A stretch of 63,979 nucleotides of DNA, filler included, from Licmophora abbreviata (taxonomy: Eukaryota): assembly GCA_900291995.1 (NCBI GenBank). It is 20 parts of 20 records of this genome, joined end to end, with 100 filler letters (N's around TTAATTAATTAA, not from the genome) between each part and the next. Parts side by side here need not be neighbours in the genome. Positions count along the whole stretch, not along the records: positions 43,465 to 49,548 come from OLMU01000689.1; positions 49,649 to 51,585 come from OLMU01000690.1; positions 51,686 to 57,433 come from OLMU01000691.1; positions 57,534 to 60,339 come from OLMU01000692.1; 16 more parts are not named here. One strand, given 5' to 3'. Numbering within the stretch: the first letter of the stretch is position 1; each line of letters opens with the position of its first letter. Shown here piece by piece: positions 46,010-58,081 of this stretch. Both the position numbers and the translations under genes were made by a program. The notes under the pieces were generated by a model. The model saw nothing but the letters and a program-made list of their open reading frames with translations. It ran no database searches and was not told the DNA's origin.

Positions 46010-49000
46010 TTACGATAGTAGCTTGGTGAAGAACCCGGTGACCGCGTTCGACAGGGAGCCCATGATCTTTTCCCCGACTCCCTCGGTGCCAATCGGATCG
46101 GCAGATTCGTTGGGCTTGCCGGTTCGTCTTTTTCGTTTCCTACCCGCTCTCTTTCGTCTGTACTCTTGCTTCGCCATTGATGTGCCCGCGGCTGGTTGCC
46201 CAGGGCTGGAAGGGGCTGCCTGACGGGGCACCCGCGAAGCTTGCTCAACCGCTCTTGTGGACGAGCGGCCACCCTCAGACTTGGGCGGCCCCTGTATCTG
46301 AGTTTGTTCTGTCGTCGAGAAGGAAGCTTGGGGCACTGATGGTCCCCGAGTCTGTTTGTTCACTGATCTGCCCTGCGCAGGAGGTACGCCCTTGGCGCTA
46401 ACGCCGGCTTTCATTGGTCTGTCTCCCTTTGATTCGGGCACAGGACTGCTACGATATTGCTGGTCTTCGTAAGCTCTTTTCATTTCCAGATTGGGTGAAG
46501 TCATCGGTCTCTGTTTCTTGTCACTCCGGTCACCGTCAGAAGGGGGAAATAGTCGGTCTTTGTACTCCGGAACGTTTTCGTCGCCTGGCAACTTCTTAGC
46601 CCAATTAAGATCGACCTGTGGCACGGCGGGCCCGCCCTGAGGCGGCGGTGTTTGAGCGCGCGAACGTGTGTTTCCGCCTTGGGAGATTCGAACACCCCTG
46701 GGATCATTCGGTACCTTTGCGATAAATTTTCTTGAGCCCTTGGCAATATTGCCACCATAAGGAGCCGCTTTCGTCGCGGACTCGGGCGATGGGACCACGA
46801 CACGTTGGGTGGGTGATACTTCTTCGCGCTGTGACTGGCTCCTATTCGAAGCGTTCTGTTTTGGTCCCTTCGCCGGCCGCTTTGGCACCCCCTTGGATCG
46901 GCCGCCGGAGAATACACTGCCGAGATAAGAACCAATGCCTGGAGAGCGTGCGCTACCTTTCTGTGGCGCTTTGCTCTTGCTGACTGAATCATCCCTCCTC
47001 CTAGGGGGGGGCTGCCTACTAGCATCCATAGTCGGAGTCTGCAAACTCTGAGGAGCCCCACTCTCGGTTCCAGTTGACGGCATGCCTCCAGGGTAAGCCT
47101 CGTTTTCATAGCGCGGGTTGGTCGTCGGTCCACGCGGTGGCTGCTTAGACGCCACCTTCACTGGTGGGCCTCCAGGTGAACGATTGCGGAGATCGGAGCT
47201 CATGACCGGAGAGGGAGCACTGCCTTTCTGTGGCATTTTGCTCTTCCCGAACGAGAAACCGCTTCTCTTTGGCGCCACACCCCTCGGGTTTATCTTTGCA
47301 GTTCGGGCCCGCTGTGGAGCACCGCTTCCAGTTCCAGATGACGGGATACCTACCGAGTACCCCTGACCCTCATATGACGTGATCCCCTTCGGTCCTCTCG
47401 GCGAGTCCTTCGGTACCACTCTACCGGTAGAAAGGCCTCCAGAAGAGAGGTTTCCGAGATAAGAGGGCGAGCTGCCCTTCGCTGGCAGTTTACTCTTGCC
47501 GAAGGCGTAACTCTTCTTCGAGGTCGCCCGCCTTGGGTCCATCTTGGGAGATTGTGATTGCTGTGGAGCACCGCTGCTAGTCCCAATTGGCGGCATGTCT
47601 ACCGCGTACGACTGGCTCGGGTATGACTTGTTCGCCTTTGATGTACTCGACGGCTGCTTTGGCACTGCCCTTACGGGGCCTCCAGAAGATAGGTTTCCAA
47701 GATAAGAACTCATAACCGAAGAGGGCGCGCTGCCTTTTGGTGGCAATTTACTCTTGCCGAAGGCATAACTCTTCTTCGAGGTCGCCTGCCTCGAGTCCGT
47801 CTTCAGAGACTTTTCCCTCGGAGGAGCGCTTCTGCCAGTCTCAGCCGATGGCATACCAACCGGGTACGACTGTCTCTCATACGAGGTGTTTACCTTTGGT
47901 CCCCTTAGCGGCTGCTTCGGCGCTACTCCAGAGGAAAGGCCACCGAGGTAGGAGCTCATACCAGGAGTTTGCGCGCTTCCTCTCGGTGGCACTTTACTCT
48001 TGCCAAACGAGTAACCGCCTCTTTTTGGTACCGCCCGTCTCGGGTCCACTGTCGGGGGCTCCACACTCTGACCACCGGTGCCTGTCCCGGGATTCACAAT
48101 GTTGAGTTCGAGTTGCGAGTTCATGATTGACTTTTCTACCATCTGTTGTAGCTTAGGAGTCACTCTCGCAGGACCACCGGAAGAAACGTCGCCGGGGTAA
48201 GAGCTGGGACCTGGAGAAGGCGGGCTGCCTTTTGGTGATACTTTGCTCTTGCCGACGGAGTAATCGCTCTTGTCCTTTGCAGCACTCGTCGACTGTGGTT
48301 GCGGGCTCATATTGCCATCTCTAGCAGTGGACCCTGTAACTATTGACATGGCGCCAAGATATGATTGCCTGTCAAAGTTGGGGTTGACCTTCGGTTTTTC
48401 TCCCCGTAACGGCTTCGCCGACTTTGCAGGGATATCGATTCCAGATGAGAGGCCACCGAGATAGGATCCAATGTTCGATATGGACTGTGGAGTTGAGAGC
48501 GCGCTAACGGTACCTTTTGGGGGTTTGGAGAAAGAAAGGCTTCCTGGAGATTTTGTAGGAGGCCCGTCGCGTCGATCTGGTGTTGGAGATGTTCCCGTCG
48601 TTGGCGACATTGCGCCAAGATATGATTGGCCCTCAAATGCCAGGTTCACCTTCGCTTTCTGCCCCCTCTGTGGCTTCTTCGGTGCTGCCTTCATAGGGCC
48701 GATAGTAGAAAGGTTGCCAAGATAAGAACCGGAGTCCAGCGAAGGGGCGCCTCCCTTTGGCTTTGGCGTCGAAGCCTGGCCAATCGTGAAGTCGCTTGGT
48801 TTAGATTTGGACACTTGTGGAGCGGTCTTTGAATCCTCTGTTCTCCAACCGGTAGAAGCATCCTTATCTGTAGTACCCCGATTGGACGACGACATTGCTC
48901 CGAGATAGGACTGGCCCTCGAAAGCTGGGTCGACCTTTGGCTTGTCTGGTCTATGGGGCTGCTTTGAAATTTTCTTCGCAGGGCCGCTAGGCGAAATCGT

Positions 49001-52000
49001 GCTTGGGCTAGATCCCATGTCCACCGTTGGTGATGTATCCTCAAAGGATGAAAATTCTCGCCGTTCTCTCTCTGCTATTTTCGGCTCTGCTCCCGGTCTC
49101 GAGGTACTCCTAGACGACCGCGTAGATGACGACATGGCGCTGAGATATGATTGCTTGTCAAAGTCTGGGTTCACTTTAGGCTTCTCTCCCCGAAGTGGCC
49201 GCTTTGTCGACTTTATAGTCCCCCCAGATTCAGGCGAGAGACGGCTGAGATATGGTCCCAAGTTCGATCCAGCTGCACGAGACGAAGACGCGCTCCCTTT
49301 CGGCGGCGCCACTCTCTGCTTGGCGCTTGAGCTGCTTTGCTTTTCCTTCTTTTCTCGTGGGGGGTCGATTTGACTGCTTCCGGTTGGAGACGGCACGGCC
49401 CTCTCGCTTGATTGCAAGTCTAGGCTTTGGTTCATCATGGACTCTTGTCCCCCCAGAGACTCCTTCTGCCTGAGACTTGATGGAACTTTGCTTCGATACG
49501 ACTCCGAATCAGATGCGGCTTCCGGTGTCAACGGCGTGCTGCCCATCGNNNNNNNNNNNNNNNNNNNNNNNNNNNNNNNNNNNNNNNNNNNNTTAATTAA
49601 TTAANNNNNNNNNNNNNNNNNNNNNNNNNNNNNNNNNNNNNNNNNNNNTGGAAGTATCACTCCTCAATGGTATCATTTCCATTGTTTCAGAGCTCGGAAT
49701 CTCGACACTTTCAATCCCAGTGCTGCCCTCCATCAACGATCCATTTTCTCCGCGAAGCAGAGACTCTGACGTGCCACCTTCTGGTCGTGCTGCGCTTCCC
49801 TCTGTCGTAGCGCCCATCGGTACAGAGGCAGCTGTTTCTGCCTTCTCATCCATGGTCGGATCCTCGCTTGATGACACCATCTCCTTACTAAACGGCGAGT
49901 GTATCGTTCTAACTTCTGGCTGTGCCGTCGTCTCTACGACAGAAGCGTCGCCCTTCCATGTCGGCGTTTCCTTCGGTAAAGAAGCAGAAGTATCGGTCTT
50001 CTCGTCCGTGATCGAGCCCCCACTAGATGACACCTTCTCTCTGCTAAACGGGGAGGACATCGATCTGTCTTCTGGAGGTGCCGTCGTCGCACTTTTTGTC
50101 GTTGTTTCCATCGGTATCGAGGCAGGAGATTCTCTCTTTTCATGCCCGATCTCATCTTCAGTGCCTGAAGACTTCTCTCTACCTATGGGAAACATTTGTG
50201 TGGGTTTCACTTTGTCCGGAGATGATCCTGCTCCTTTCCGGGGTAAAGAGCTCTTCTGGAAAGGATAGTCACTTCTCTTGATCAACACTTCCATCGGCAT
50301 TGGACTGGTTCTCTCTACTTTCCTACGGGGAGTTCTGACCTCGTCGCCGGCGAAGGACTTCATGGCGCCCAAGTAAGGCTGCGAACCTGGAACCGGGCCC
50401 GACACCAACTTTTTCTGGAGCAGAGGTTTGTCCGGATCCATTCGAACAGGGCCAACTCGAGGAGGGCTGCCTAGATTCGATTTCTCTTTCGAAGCTGGTG
50501 GGCTTAATCTCGGCAGTGGATTGCTCTCCGGAAAGGAATATTCACCTGCTTTTGCCTGTTCCATTGGTATGGCTCCAGTCTGCTCCAAATTCCTGAAGAA
50601 TCCTGTGGACGGCGACATGTCTCCCAGGTGGGAATGCCCCTCCAAAAAGGGGTTCGATTTCGGATTTTTCTCCAGTTGGGGCATTTGTGACACGTCCTTC
50701 GAGTTTCCCTCCAGAGATGGGTTCGTCTCCGGCTTCTTTCCCAGAAGAGGTTTCCTTGGTGCGTCATTCGACTTTTCCTGCAAGAAAGGATTCACAGTCG
50801 GCTTCTTTCCTAGAAGCGGCTCCCTTTGCAATTGATTCGAGTTTCCCTCCAAGAACGAGTCCGCTTTCGATTTGTTGCCCAAAAGTGGTTTCTTCGGCAC
50901 CTGATTTGAGAACTGATTTATGAATGGGTCCACCTTCGCTTTGTTTACCACAAGAGGTTTCTTGGGCACCTGACTATTCGCGTCACGAGGCGAACGAATG
51001 TTCAAAAAGGGGTCCGCTGCTTTGGTCCCAGTCCCGGAGAAAGAGGAGAAAGCAGCTTGATAGGGTTGTGATGCCGAAAACGGGCTAGCCTGTTTTGATT
51101 TGCGTTCCTTGGGCGACGGGTTCGGGCGCGCGTTTCCATTTAGCAAAAGGTCGTCGGGATTGTTCACAGCGCTGCGACGTCCGGTTTTCATTGGTCGAGA
51201 AACTCTCTCTTCCGTTCGAGCCTCAGTTTTTGTAGACGCGTTCGTAGCCACGGAAGGTGTCACTGAGTTACGACGCCCTTTTATTCTGGCGGCATCTGCA
51301 GCCTCTGCCTCCGAAAATGTTGACATGGCTCTCAAATACGGATTCCCCATGTTTCCATCCACATCTCGGATACTAGTACGCTTCTCCCTCAAAGACGGCA
51401 CTTCTTTCTCATTCTCCTGATTCCGAGCAGCTTTTATTGCAGGCGGAAGACGGTCGAGAAAATCCTCCGCTGAGCTCACCAATCTTCCCGCTTCGTTTGG
51501 CCGGCTGTTCGGTGACAAGGGTTCCTCTACAGGAATGGACAGTGAAGTTTCCGATGTTGACGACTGTTCGGGTTCTGAAGGAAGTNNNNNNNNNNNNNNN
51601 NNNNNNNNNNNNNNNNNNNNNNNNNNNNNTTAATTAATTAANNNNNNNNNNNNNNNNNNNNNNNNNNNNNNNNNNNNNNNNNNNNCACGGGCCGGACCAT
51701 CTGGGGGTCTCTGTTACGCGGGGCATATCCAGCCCCGCTGCCTTCCGAAGAGGTGGACGTGGTTTTCATGTACGGGACTCCCAATAATGACTGCGACCAG
51801 CGGCCGACCCCAGGTGTCTCCATCTCCCCTCCAGGCTCTCGCACCCCCTGAGCGGAGCTATCCGAAGGTGAGCGACCGTTGCGAGAATATTCCACTCCGT
51901 TCGCCACAAAGGTCTTTTCTGAGAGTGAGTTCTTCTCTGGCGGCGCGTTCGCAACGGCATCCGTACTCGAAATACCATTCAGAGAGTGCCCCGCCACTGC

Positions 52001-52657
52001 GCCTTCGGAAGTAGGGATCGATGCTGCATCACGTCGCAAAAATGTCGACGGCTCTGATAGGTACGGGTCCACCGACAGTCCCTCCTTATTGGTGCTATGC
52101 TCTGTCGTGTGGCGATTCTCCAGTGTCTGTCGCACAGGGCTATCCAGAGGGGCCCGATCACTTCGAGATTGGCCCACATCAGCAACTTGGAAGCCCCATG
52201 ACTCGGCGTCTCCCGCTTCCGCTGTCGGCGGAGGGGTCCACAAGGGTTCCTCTACAGGAATGGACAGTGAAGTTTCCGATGTTGACGACTGTTCGGGTTC
52301 TGAAGGAAGCGCATCGAGATTGGCGTCTGCCGATTGTGCCTGGTCCTCGAAATGCCAGTCGGTCACGCCCGAAGGACCACCCGCCGACGAGAGATCACCC
52401 TGGAATGATCGCTCGTCAAACAGTTCTGGGTTCCAACTGCCTTCCTCCGAACCCAGTGGCCCGTTGTTTTGTCTGTCTTCGCTATCCTCTGGATATCGAT
52501 GATTCGAACTGGGTAGCATCCTCAAGTCCCATGTGTTCTTCCAGGAGCGCGCGATCTTGTGACCGTCATGACAGATGCTGGGATGAGTGAATCCAGTCAC
52601 GAAACGATCCCATGGCGCAAGCGCCAGCAGTAGTGGGATCACTTGTATCGAAGGCAT
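46010..52657 (-). CDS. Very large (>2000 aa) disordered Ser/Pro/Gly/Lys-rich repeat protein with plastid-type presequence; spans gaps 49549-49648 and 51586-51685
   Basis: Three colinear same-strand ORFs (376, 641 and 1178 aa) share [SP]YL.[AN][ML]S-type motifs. ATG at 52657 gives MPSIQVIPLLLALAPWDRFVTG|F. Joining the pieces across the gaps is inferred. Confidence 0.72.
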
Positions 52658-53184
52658 GATGTTGCAGCTGCGACTGAAAAGGGTATCGGAGCCCTGATCG
52701 ACATCTGATGTCAAGAACTCGTCGCGTCGAAGCTTCGCTTTTTCTGTTGTGGATGGTCGACCCATCACAGAATCGAACTTTCAAAGTGGGTGTCCTTCGC
52801 GCGCCAACGGTCAGTCAGCTGGCAGTAAACGGTGGTTTTCTGGTACTAGTTCTACGGAGTTGCTACGTAGTGCAACATTTATGGTGGACAAGGGTGCGAC
52901 ATCGTGTGACGTACTTCGAGACCTCTTCGAACTCGATCTGATGATAGCAGCCACACAGAGCTCGCCGCAGGATACCGGGCTCATTCAAGTCCTTGCCTTT
53001 CTCCACCCCACAGAACCAATCTCTCCTCTACGCTCCAAGGTACCTTGTCGTACCAGGTACTGCTATCAAGTTTCAAGCAACGGTATCTATGAGTTGAAAT
53101 CAAAACTGCTGCGTTTTAAAAATATCGTTGACTGCAGTGAGTGCTATCGTACGCCATGTTTGTTCATTCCTTCATTCTCCCCAC

Positions 53185-54231
53185 CTAAACTTCCATTTCC
53201 TCGTCCATCTCTTCTTGTTTCTCCTCCTCCTTTTCTTCTTCACCTTGTTCTTCTCCGCCCAAAATCTTGGATTCATCGGCAGCGCTCGCTGCGTTCAGAG
53301 TACTCGGTGTATTGCCCGCGTGTATTTCGCGTCTCTTTATATACGGCGTCGATCCAACTGCGCTTAGAAAGGACTTCAATTCACTTTCTGACTCCAGATC
53401 CTTATTTATCTGAATCAGCAACAACAATATCGTTTCTAAAAACACAAAGATCCCCGCATGACTCATGATCGAAAAGAATCGTTCTCCAAACCATTGTGTT
53501 GCACCCAAAGCAATCGTCCCGAAAAAGGGAGTAAACCAAGGATTGAAAAAGCTCGAGTAGACCACCATGCTAAAGGACGTCCCGTACCTCCATAGGGCCA
53601 GTGAAAAGTACAAGCAACACACTGTCACGACTGCCATCGGCAGCAACGAAAGAATAAGCTGCAGTTGCTCATCCCCTGTCAGAGTGTCGCCATCTTGAAT
53701 CAGAGCGACCCACCCCACTCGTCCCGCCAGCGTAAAGTCTTCATCAAAGAAGATTCCAAAATTGACCAGAATCCCCAGCACCAACAGCACGATCGCGACA
53801 AGTCGCAGACACAGCTTCAACGCGACAGCCGGACTGTGCTTTCGATTGCTTCGGCTTTCCACATGTATCCCCCCACAAAAGGGAATACTACGAATCTTGT
53901 GAATCATGTACGTGACATCGAACATAGAGAGCAGTAATGAGGGAGCCAGTGTGGCGTGTATGACGTAGACAATGTCTTTCCAAGTAGCATGGATGGACTG
54001 TCGATGCTCCAGAGCTGCCAGAGTACTGTTTTCTACAATGAGGGCGATAGCGACCCATCGCAGCAGAAACTTGAGAGAGTGCTTGCCATACAAGTCTCTG
54101 CGAGTCTCGAGAACGGTCTGGAGCAATGTGACGGCACTGGAGACAGCCAATATGCAATAGCCCACGACAAATCCAGTGGAGTCGTCTGACGGTGAGGAAG
54201 GTTCGTCGAGGAAGGTCAGGGAGCGACTCAT
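53185..54231 (-). CDS. Uncharacterised multi-pass (about 7 TM) membrane protein
   Basis: 348-aa intronless ORF with about seven hydrophobic segments and an acidic C-terminal tail. Confidence 0.75.
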   Translation of the reverse strand: MSRSLTFLDEPSSPSDDSTGFVVGYCILAVSSAVTLLQTVLETRRDLYGKHSLKFLLRWVAIALIVENSTLAALEHRQSIHATWKDIVYVIHATLAPSLLLSMFDVTYMIHKIRSIPFCGGIHVESRSNRKHSPAVALKLCLRLVAIVLLVLGILVNFGIFFDEDFTLAGRVGWVALIQDGDTLTGDEQLQLILSLLPMAVVTVCCLYFSLALWRYGTSFSMVVYSSFFNPWFTPFFGTIALGATQWFGERFFSIMSHAGIFVFLETILLLLIQINKDLESESELKSFLSAVGSTPYIKRREIHAGNTPSTLNAASAADESKILGGEEQGEEEKEEEKQEEMDEEMEV

Positions 54232-54627
54232 GATGTTTTGGTGTGCACCTCTCTGACCGAAAGCGCGATCATTAACCAGTCATTCGAGGAGATATGTGCG
54301 CTCTTACAGTGGAGTTCGGAATGAACGTCGGGAGATGGCCGTCAATGGTTGTTGCGTTCTTACGGCGGGCAGCAACGCCCCGTGTCCCTTGTCATCGTCA
54401 TTGTGGGACATGTGCACACACAGAAACGGAAGCATTCCAGAAATCCGGGTCGTGTATGACGTCAATAGCGAACTCTGTCAGTCGGAGTCGGTGATACGTG
54501 TAGAATCACGTGACGAAAGTACCAGTGCAAATACGGATCATCGCTCAAAGTGCAAAGTGACGCTCTCTGTCCTGCACACCGGCTTCTTGTTTCTGTTGCG
54601 GATAATGACAGTGGGTGGGTATGTACC

Positions 54628-57039
54628 ATGGAGGACTCTTCTTCTTCTCACCAGCAGGATCAACAACAACAGTCGCCACCGTTGGAGTCTTCGGATGACG
54701 ACTCCAGGGGAGAAAGCAGCAGCAGCGGCGCCCTGTCGCCAGTTCCAACGACACCGCAAGACGAACAAGAAAAACCCCTCACTGTAGCGAAACGACCGAG
54801 AGATGCAAGCGGAACCTTCCAGGCTGCTCTTCAACAATGCGAAAGCGCAGAGTCGGTCTTTCATACTGACGAGAACGTGTCGAGAGACGACGAAACGGCC
54901 TCAACGCCCCCGACGCTTGTGGAAGACTCCCAACATGGGTCACCCGGAAACCAAACGGTCGGCGCGTGGGACGAGGTGCCACGCGGCATAGACCCGCCGC
55001 CATCACGCGCTCCATCGCCATCGCATAGTGACACAAAAGCGCAGGAAGTGTCAAAAGACGATACGCCACAACAACATAGAGAAAGCAACCTCGTTCAGGA
55101 GTCCATAAAAGCAAGTGAGCCAGCGCCCGGAGAGATCGAGACACGCATAGACTCGACTAGTGAACAGGACGAATCAGAACCAGTCGAAGAGTCAACGAGG
55201 TCCATGGCACCAGATTTGCCATCCTTGTTCCCCGTGGAGAAGCGAGAAGGCTCAGAAGATAGTCTAGATGTCGATCAACTCCTCGATTCGAAACAAGTTG
55301 ATGGCGAAGAACAAGTGGTAGCTCCATCACTCCCCGACACGCTCCCACACCACGAGAATGACACCAAACCTCTCACGCCCCTTACACAACCACAGCGGCC
55401 AAGGGAAGCACCCTCCGACGACTCAGGCGAGTACAACGCTAGTGGCACCTCTTACTTACAGCCGCATCCCTTGCTTCCATCGAGTATCCCGGCAGAATTG
55501 CCGCAGCAGCCGCCATATCTTGCGTCGGCGCCCTATGGCTACCCTATGCATCCGGGTATTACAGCTCCACAACCCGGAACTTCCGCCCATCCGCTCTTGC
55601 CTGCGTTTGCTTCCAGCTCCTCTGGCCGTCGAAAGATCAAACTGAGACTTGTCCAAGAAATGAGTGAATCGGCTGCTGGTCACAAGCGAACTGGTAGCTT
55701 TCTCTTTCGACGATCGTTTCGCACCGTGGAAGCTCTTCAGGCAGAGCACCCGCAATCCGTCTCGCGAGGGAGCGTTGTCGTGTCGTGGTTTGAGGGAACG
55801 TCTTCCTTGGAACTGCAAGAACATGTGCGGAAATGTGTTGCTCGTAAGGTGGGACTGTCTACCAACGTTCGACTTTATGACATGAGAATACTCGATGAGA
55901 CGGTGGATCCACCGGAAGGTATGTACTGTCCGTGCGATGTGGAGTTGGTAGTCTCTGTTCTTTCCAACTGACCGATGCACAATGTTTTGACATTCGATGG
56001 CACAGAGATCGTATTATCAACATTCATTCCAGGAGGATCGGAGTTTCTGTTGCGATTCCGGACACGGGAGTTGACGCCACAGCCTGTTGACTTCCCGAGG
56101 CGACGTTCCAATTCAACATCCATGGCTCCCGTGTCGCCGTCGGCGGCGCCCAGTCCACTGCCGTCATCTGATGACCTGGCAGGTCTCAATGACGCTCAGC
56201 TCTCACTCTTAGGAGCTCACTTACAGGGGTTGCATGGGATGACGTCAAGTGTACCAAAGACTGCACGGAAGGGAAACGATCGAGTGCTCCAACGCGAGGC
56301 ACTCGATGCGCCGCACACTCCAGATGGAAAGAGTGAGACGCGACCAGATGGTGATGCAGACTCCAAAGCATCCACGGATGTTCCGGAAGAGGAAGTCCTG
56401 GCGATGAGTCCAGAAGCTCAAATTGAAGCTCGTCTGCAGCAACTGACAGACTTGTTGGTGTCGGATCGTGCGGGGAAGCGACATTACGGGCGACAAGAAA
56501 AGAAGCAAGTCATATTCGTTCTAGCGAATTACTTTGTACTGTTCATGTCATTGATTGCCATCTCAGCAGAAATACAGGCGCGTGCACCTAGGTGGATGGC
56601 CTGGATGGAACGCAATCTCGAGAGTGTCCAGACTTGTGCAACCGATCAAGATTCGCTGTATGACTGCGTGTCGAATGGAGATTTCTCAGGACTGATTGCA
56701 TCCTTTATTCTGTGGTTCGGCCGATCCGCGGCGACGAAACGCTTCTTTCTATTTGGATTCGAAACTCCGAAACGACTGTGGACCGTGGTGTATGAGGCTT
56801 TGGTGACTGCCTTTTGCTGGGGCATTAGCTACATGTTTATTCGGCGCGGAATGAATCCCGACACGAGGCCCAATTTTCTGCAGAAGTATTGGAAGGACGC
56901 TGTTTATGGCAGTCTGGCTGGATTCAACGCTTCCTTTCTGAAGGCGATTCTCAAAAATCTCATTCCCCAGGAGGCCCTGGAAGATGCGTTGCAGGATCGA
57001 CAACTGAAGATTCTTAGTTGGCTTCCAAGTTTTAACTAG
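54628..57039 (+). CDS. Uncharacterised protein: long disordered N-terminus, small globular domain, C-terminal membrane domain; intron 55919-56005
   Basis: A phase-1 GT-AG intron joins two long ORFs in frame. Hydrophobic segments include VIFVLANYFVLFMSLIAISA, GLIASFILWF and LVTAFCWGISYMFI. Confidence 0.75.
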
Positions 57040-57249
57040 AAGGGACAACCAGGTGTCGATTACAAATATGCAAAGGTATGTTCGTAGACTACACTTCCTA
57101 TCTCGTCAAGATAATATCAGGGGGTGTAAGTATCGCTCATGTCTCGATCATGCAATAATATTGGTGCAGTACCTGGTACGTGACTGGGACGAGCTAGCTA
57201 TAATACGAGCTAGAGGGTAGGTACCATGTACCAATACGAGTACTACGGT

Positions 57250-57348
57250 ACACACACACACACAGTAAACTCTCGGCGCGACGTCAGTTCTAGCTAGTCT
57301 AGAGTACTGCATGATATTATGTACGATGTACTGTGTGTGTGTGTGTGT
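57250..57348. repeat. (CA)n and (TG)n microsatellites in inverted orientation
   Basis: TACACACACACACAGTA at about 57250 and TACTGTGTGTGTGTGTGTG at about 57329. Confidence 0.8.
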
Positions 57349-58081
57349 GGGGCATTTTGTTTGAGAAGCGGAGACCTCGGACCACCTAAGGCCGGCACTA
57401 CAACTAGGTAGGGATCTATAGCTCCTATCAGAGNNNNNNNNNNNNNNNNNNNNNNNNNNNNNNNNNNNNNNNNNNNNTTAATTAATTAANNNNNNNNNNN
57501 NNNNNNNNNNNNNNNNNNNNNNNNNNNNNNNNNGGGCCATCATGGCGCGCGGTCCGAGTTTTTTTATGTACGATGTACTGTACTCCGGAGTATTTCGTAG
57601 CATCTTTGGTACCACGTACGATTTGCAACTTATGCAGGCCCTTCGTTGCCTTGTCTTGTACCGGTGCCGGTACCGGTAGGCTCCCTGTATGATACCAGAT
57701 ACCGTGTTTCGTGCCGGTACCGGTAGCTCCATGGGATCGAGGGCTTCTGCGGTGCATCTGGGGGCATACTTAAAAGGATGACGTATTGGATTACACGGAC
57801 AGGGCTCTTTGTAATTCCTTCATGTGGATTCACTTATCGACTTCACTTTTTACTAAGCCGATACTTAACGTCTTCAAGTCAAAATAATTATCGATGGACT
57901 CTTCAGTTAAACAGGTGCGAAGTGTTTAGTCACGTGCCGTGTCAAGTGAACGACCGCATCCAAAATTGAAAAATCGAAAATCCATGTGCTCATCAACCAA
58001 CAGGCTATCACAAAAAAGGAGACCGCGGGATCTTCAGTGTGGATCCGGCGACGGTCCTCTTCACAAACAACCATAGAGGCC

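Noticed and set aside
57534..57760. Clustered GTACCGGTAC-type palindromes
   Set aside because: Short low-complexity intergenic motifs also seen at ~14870 and ~29480, with no constant spacing, terminal inverted repeats or target-site duplication.
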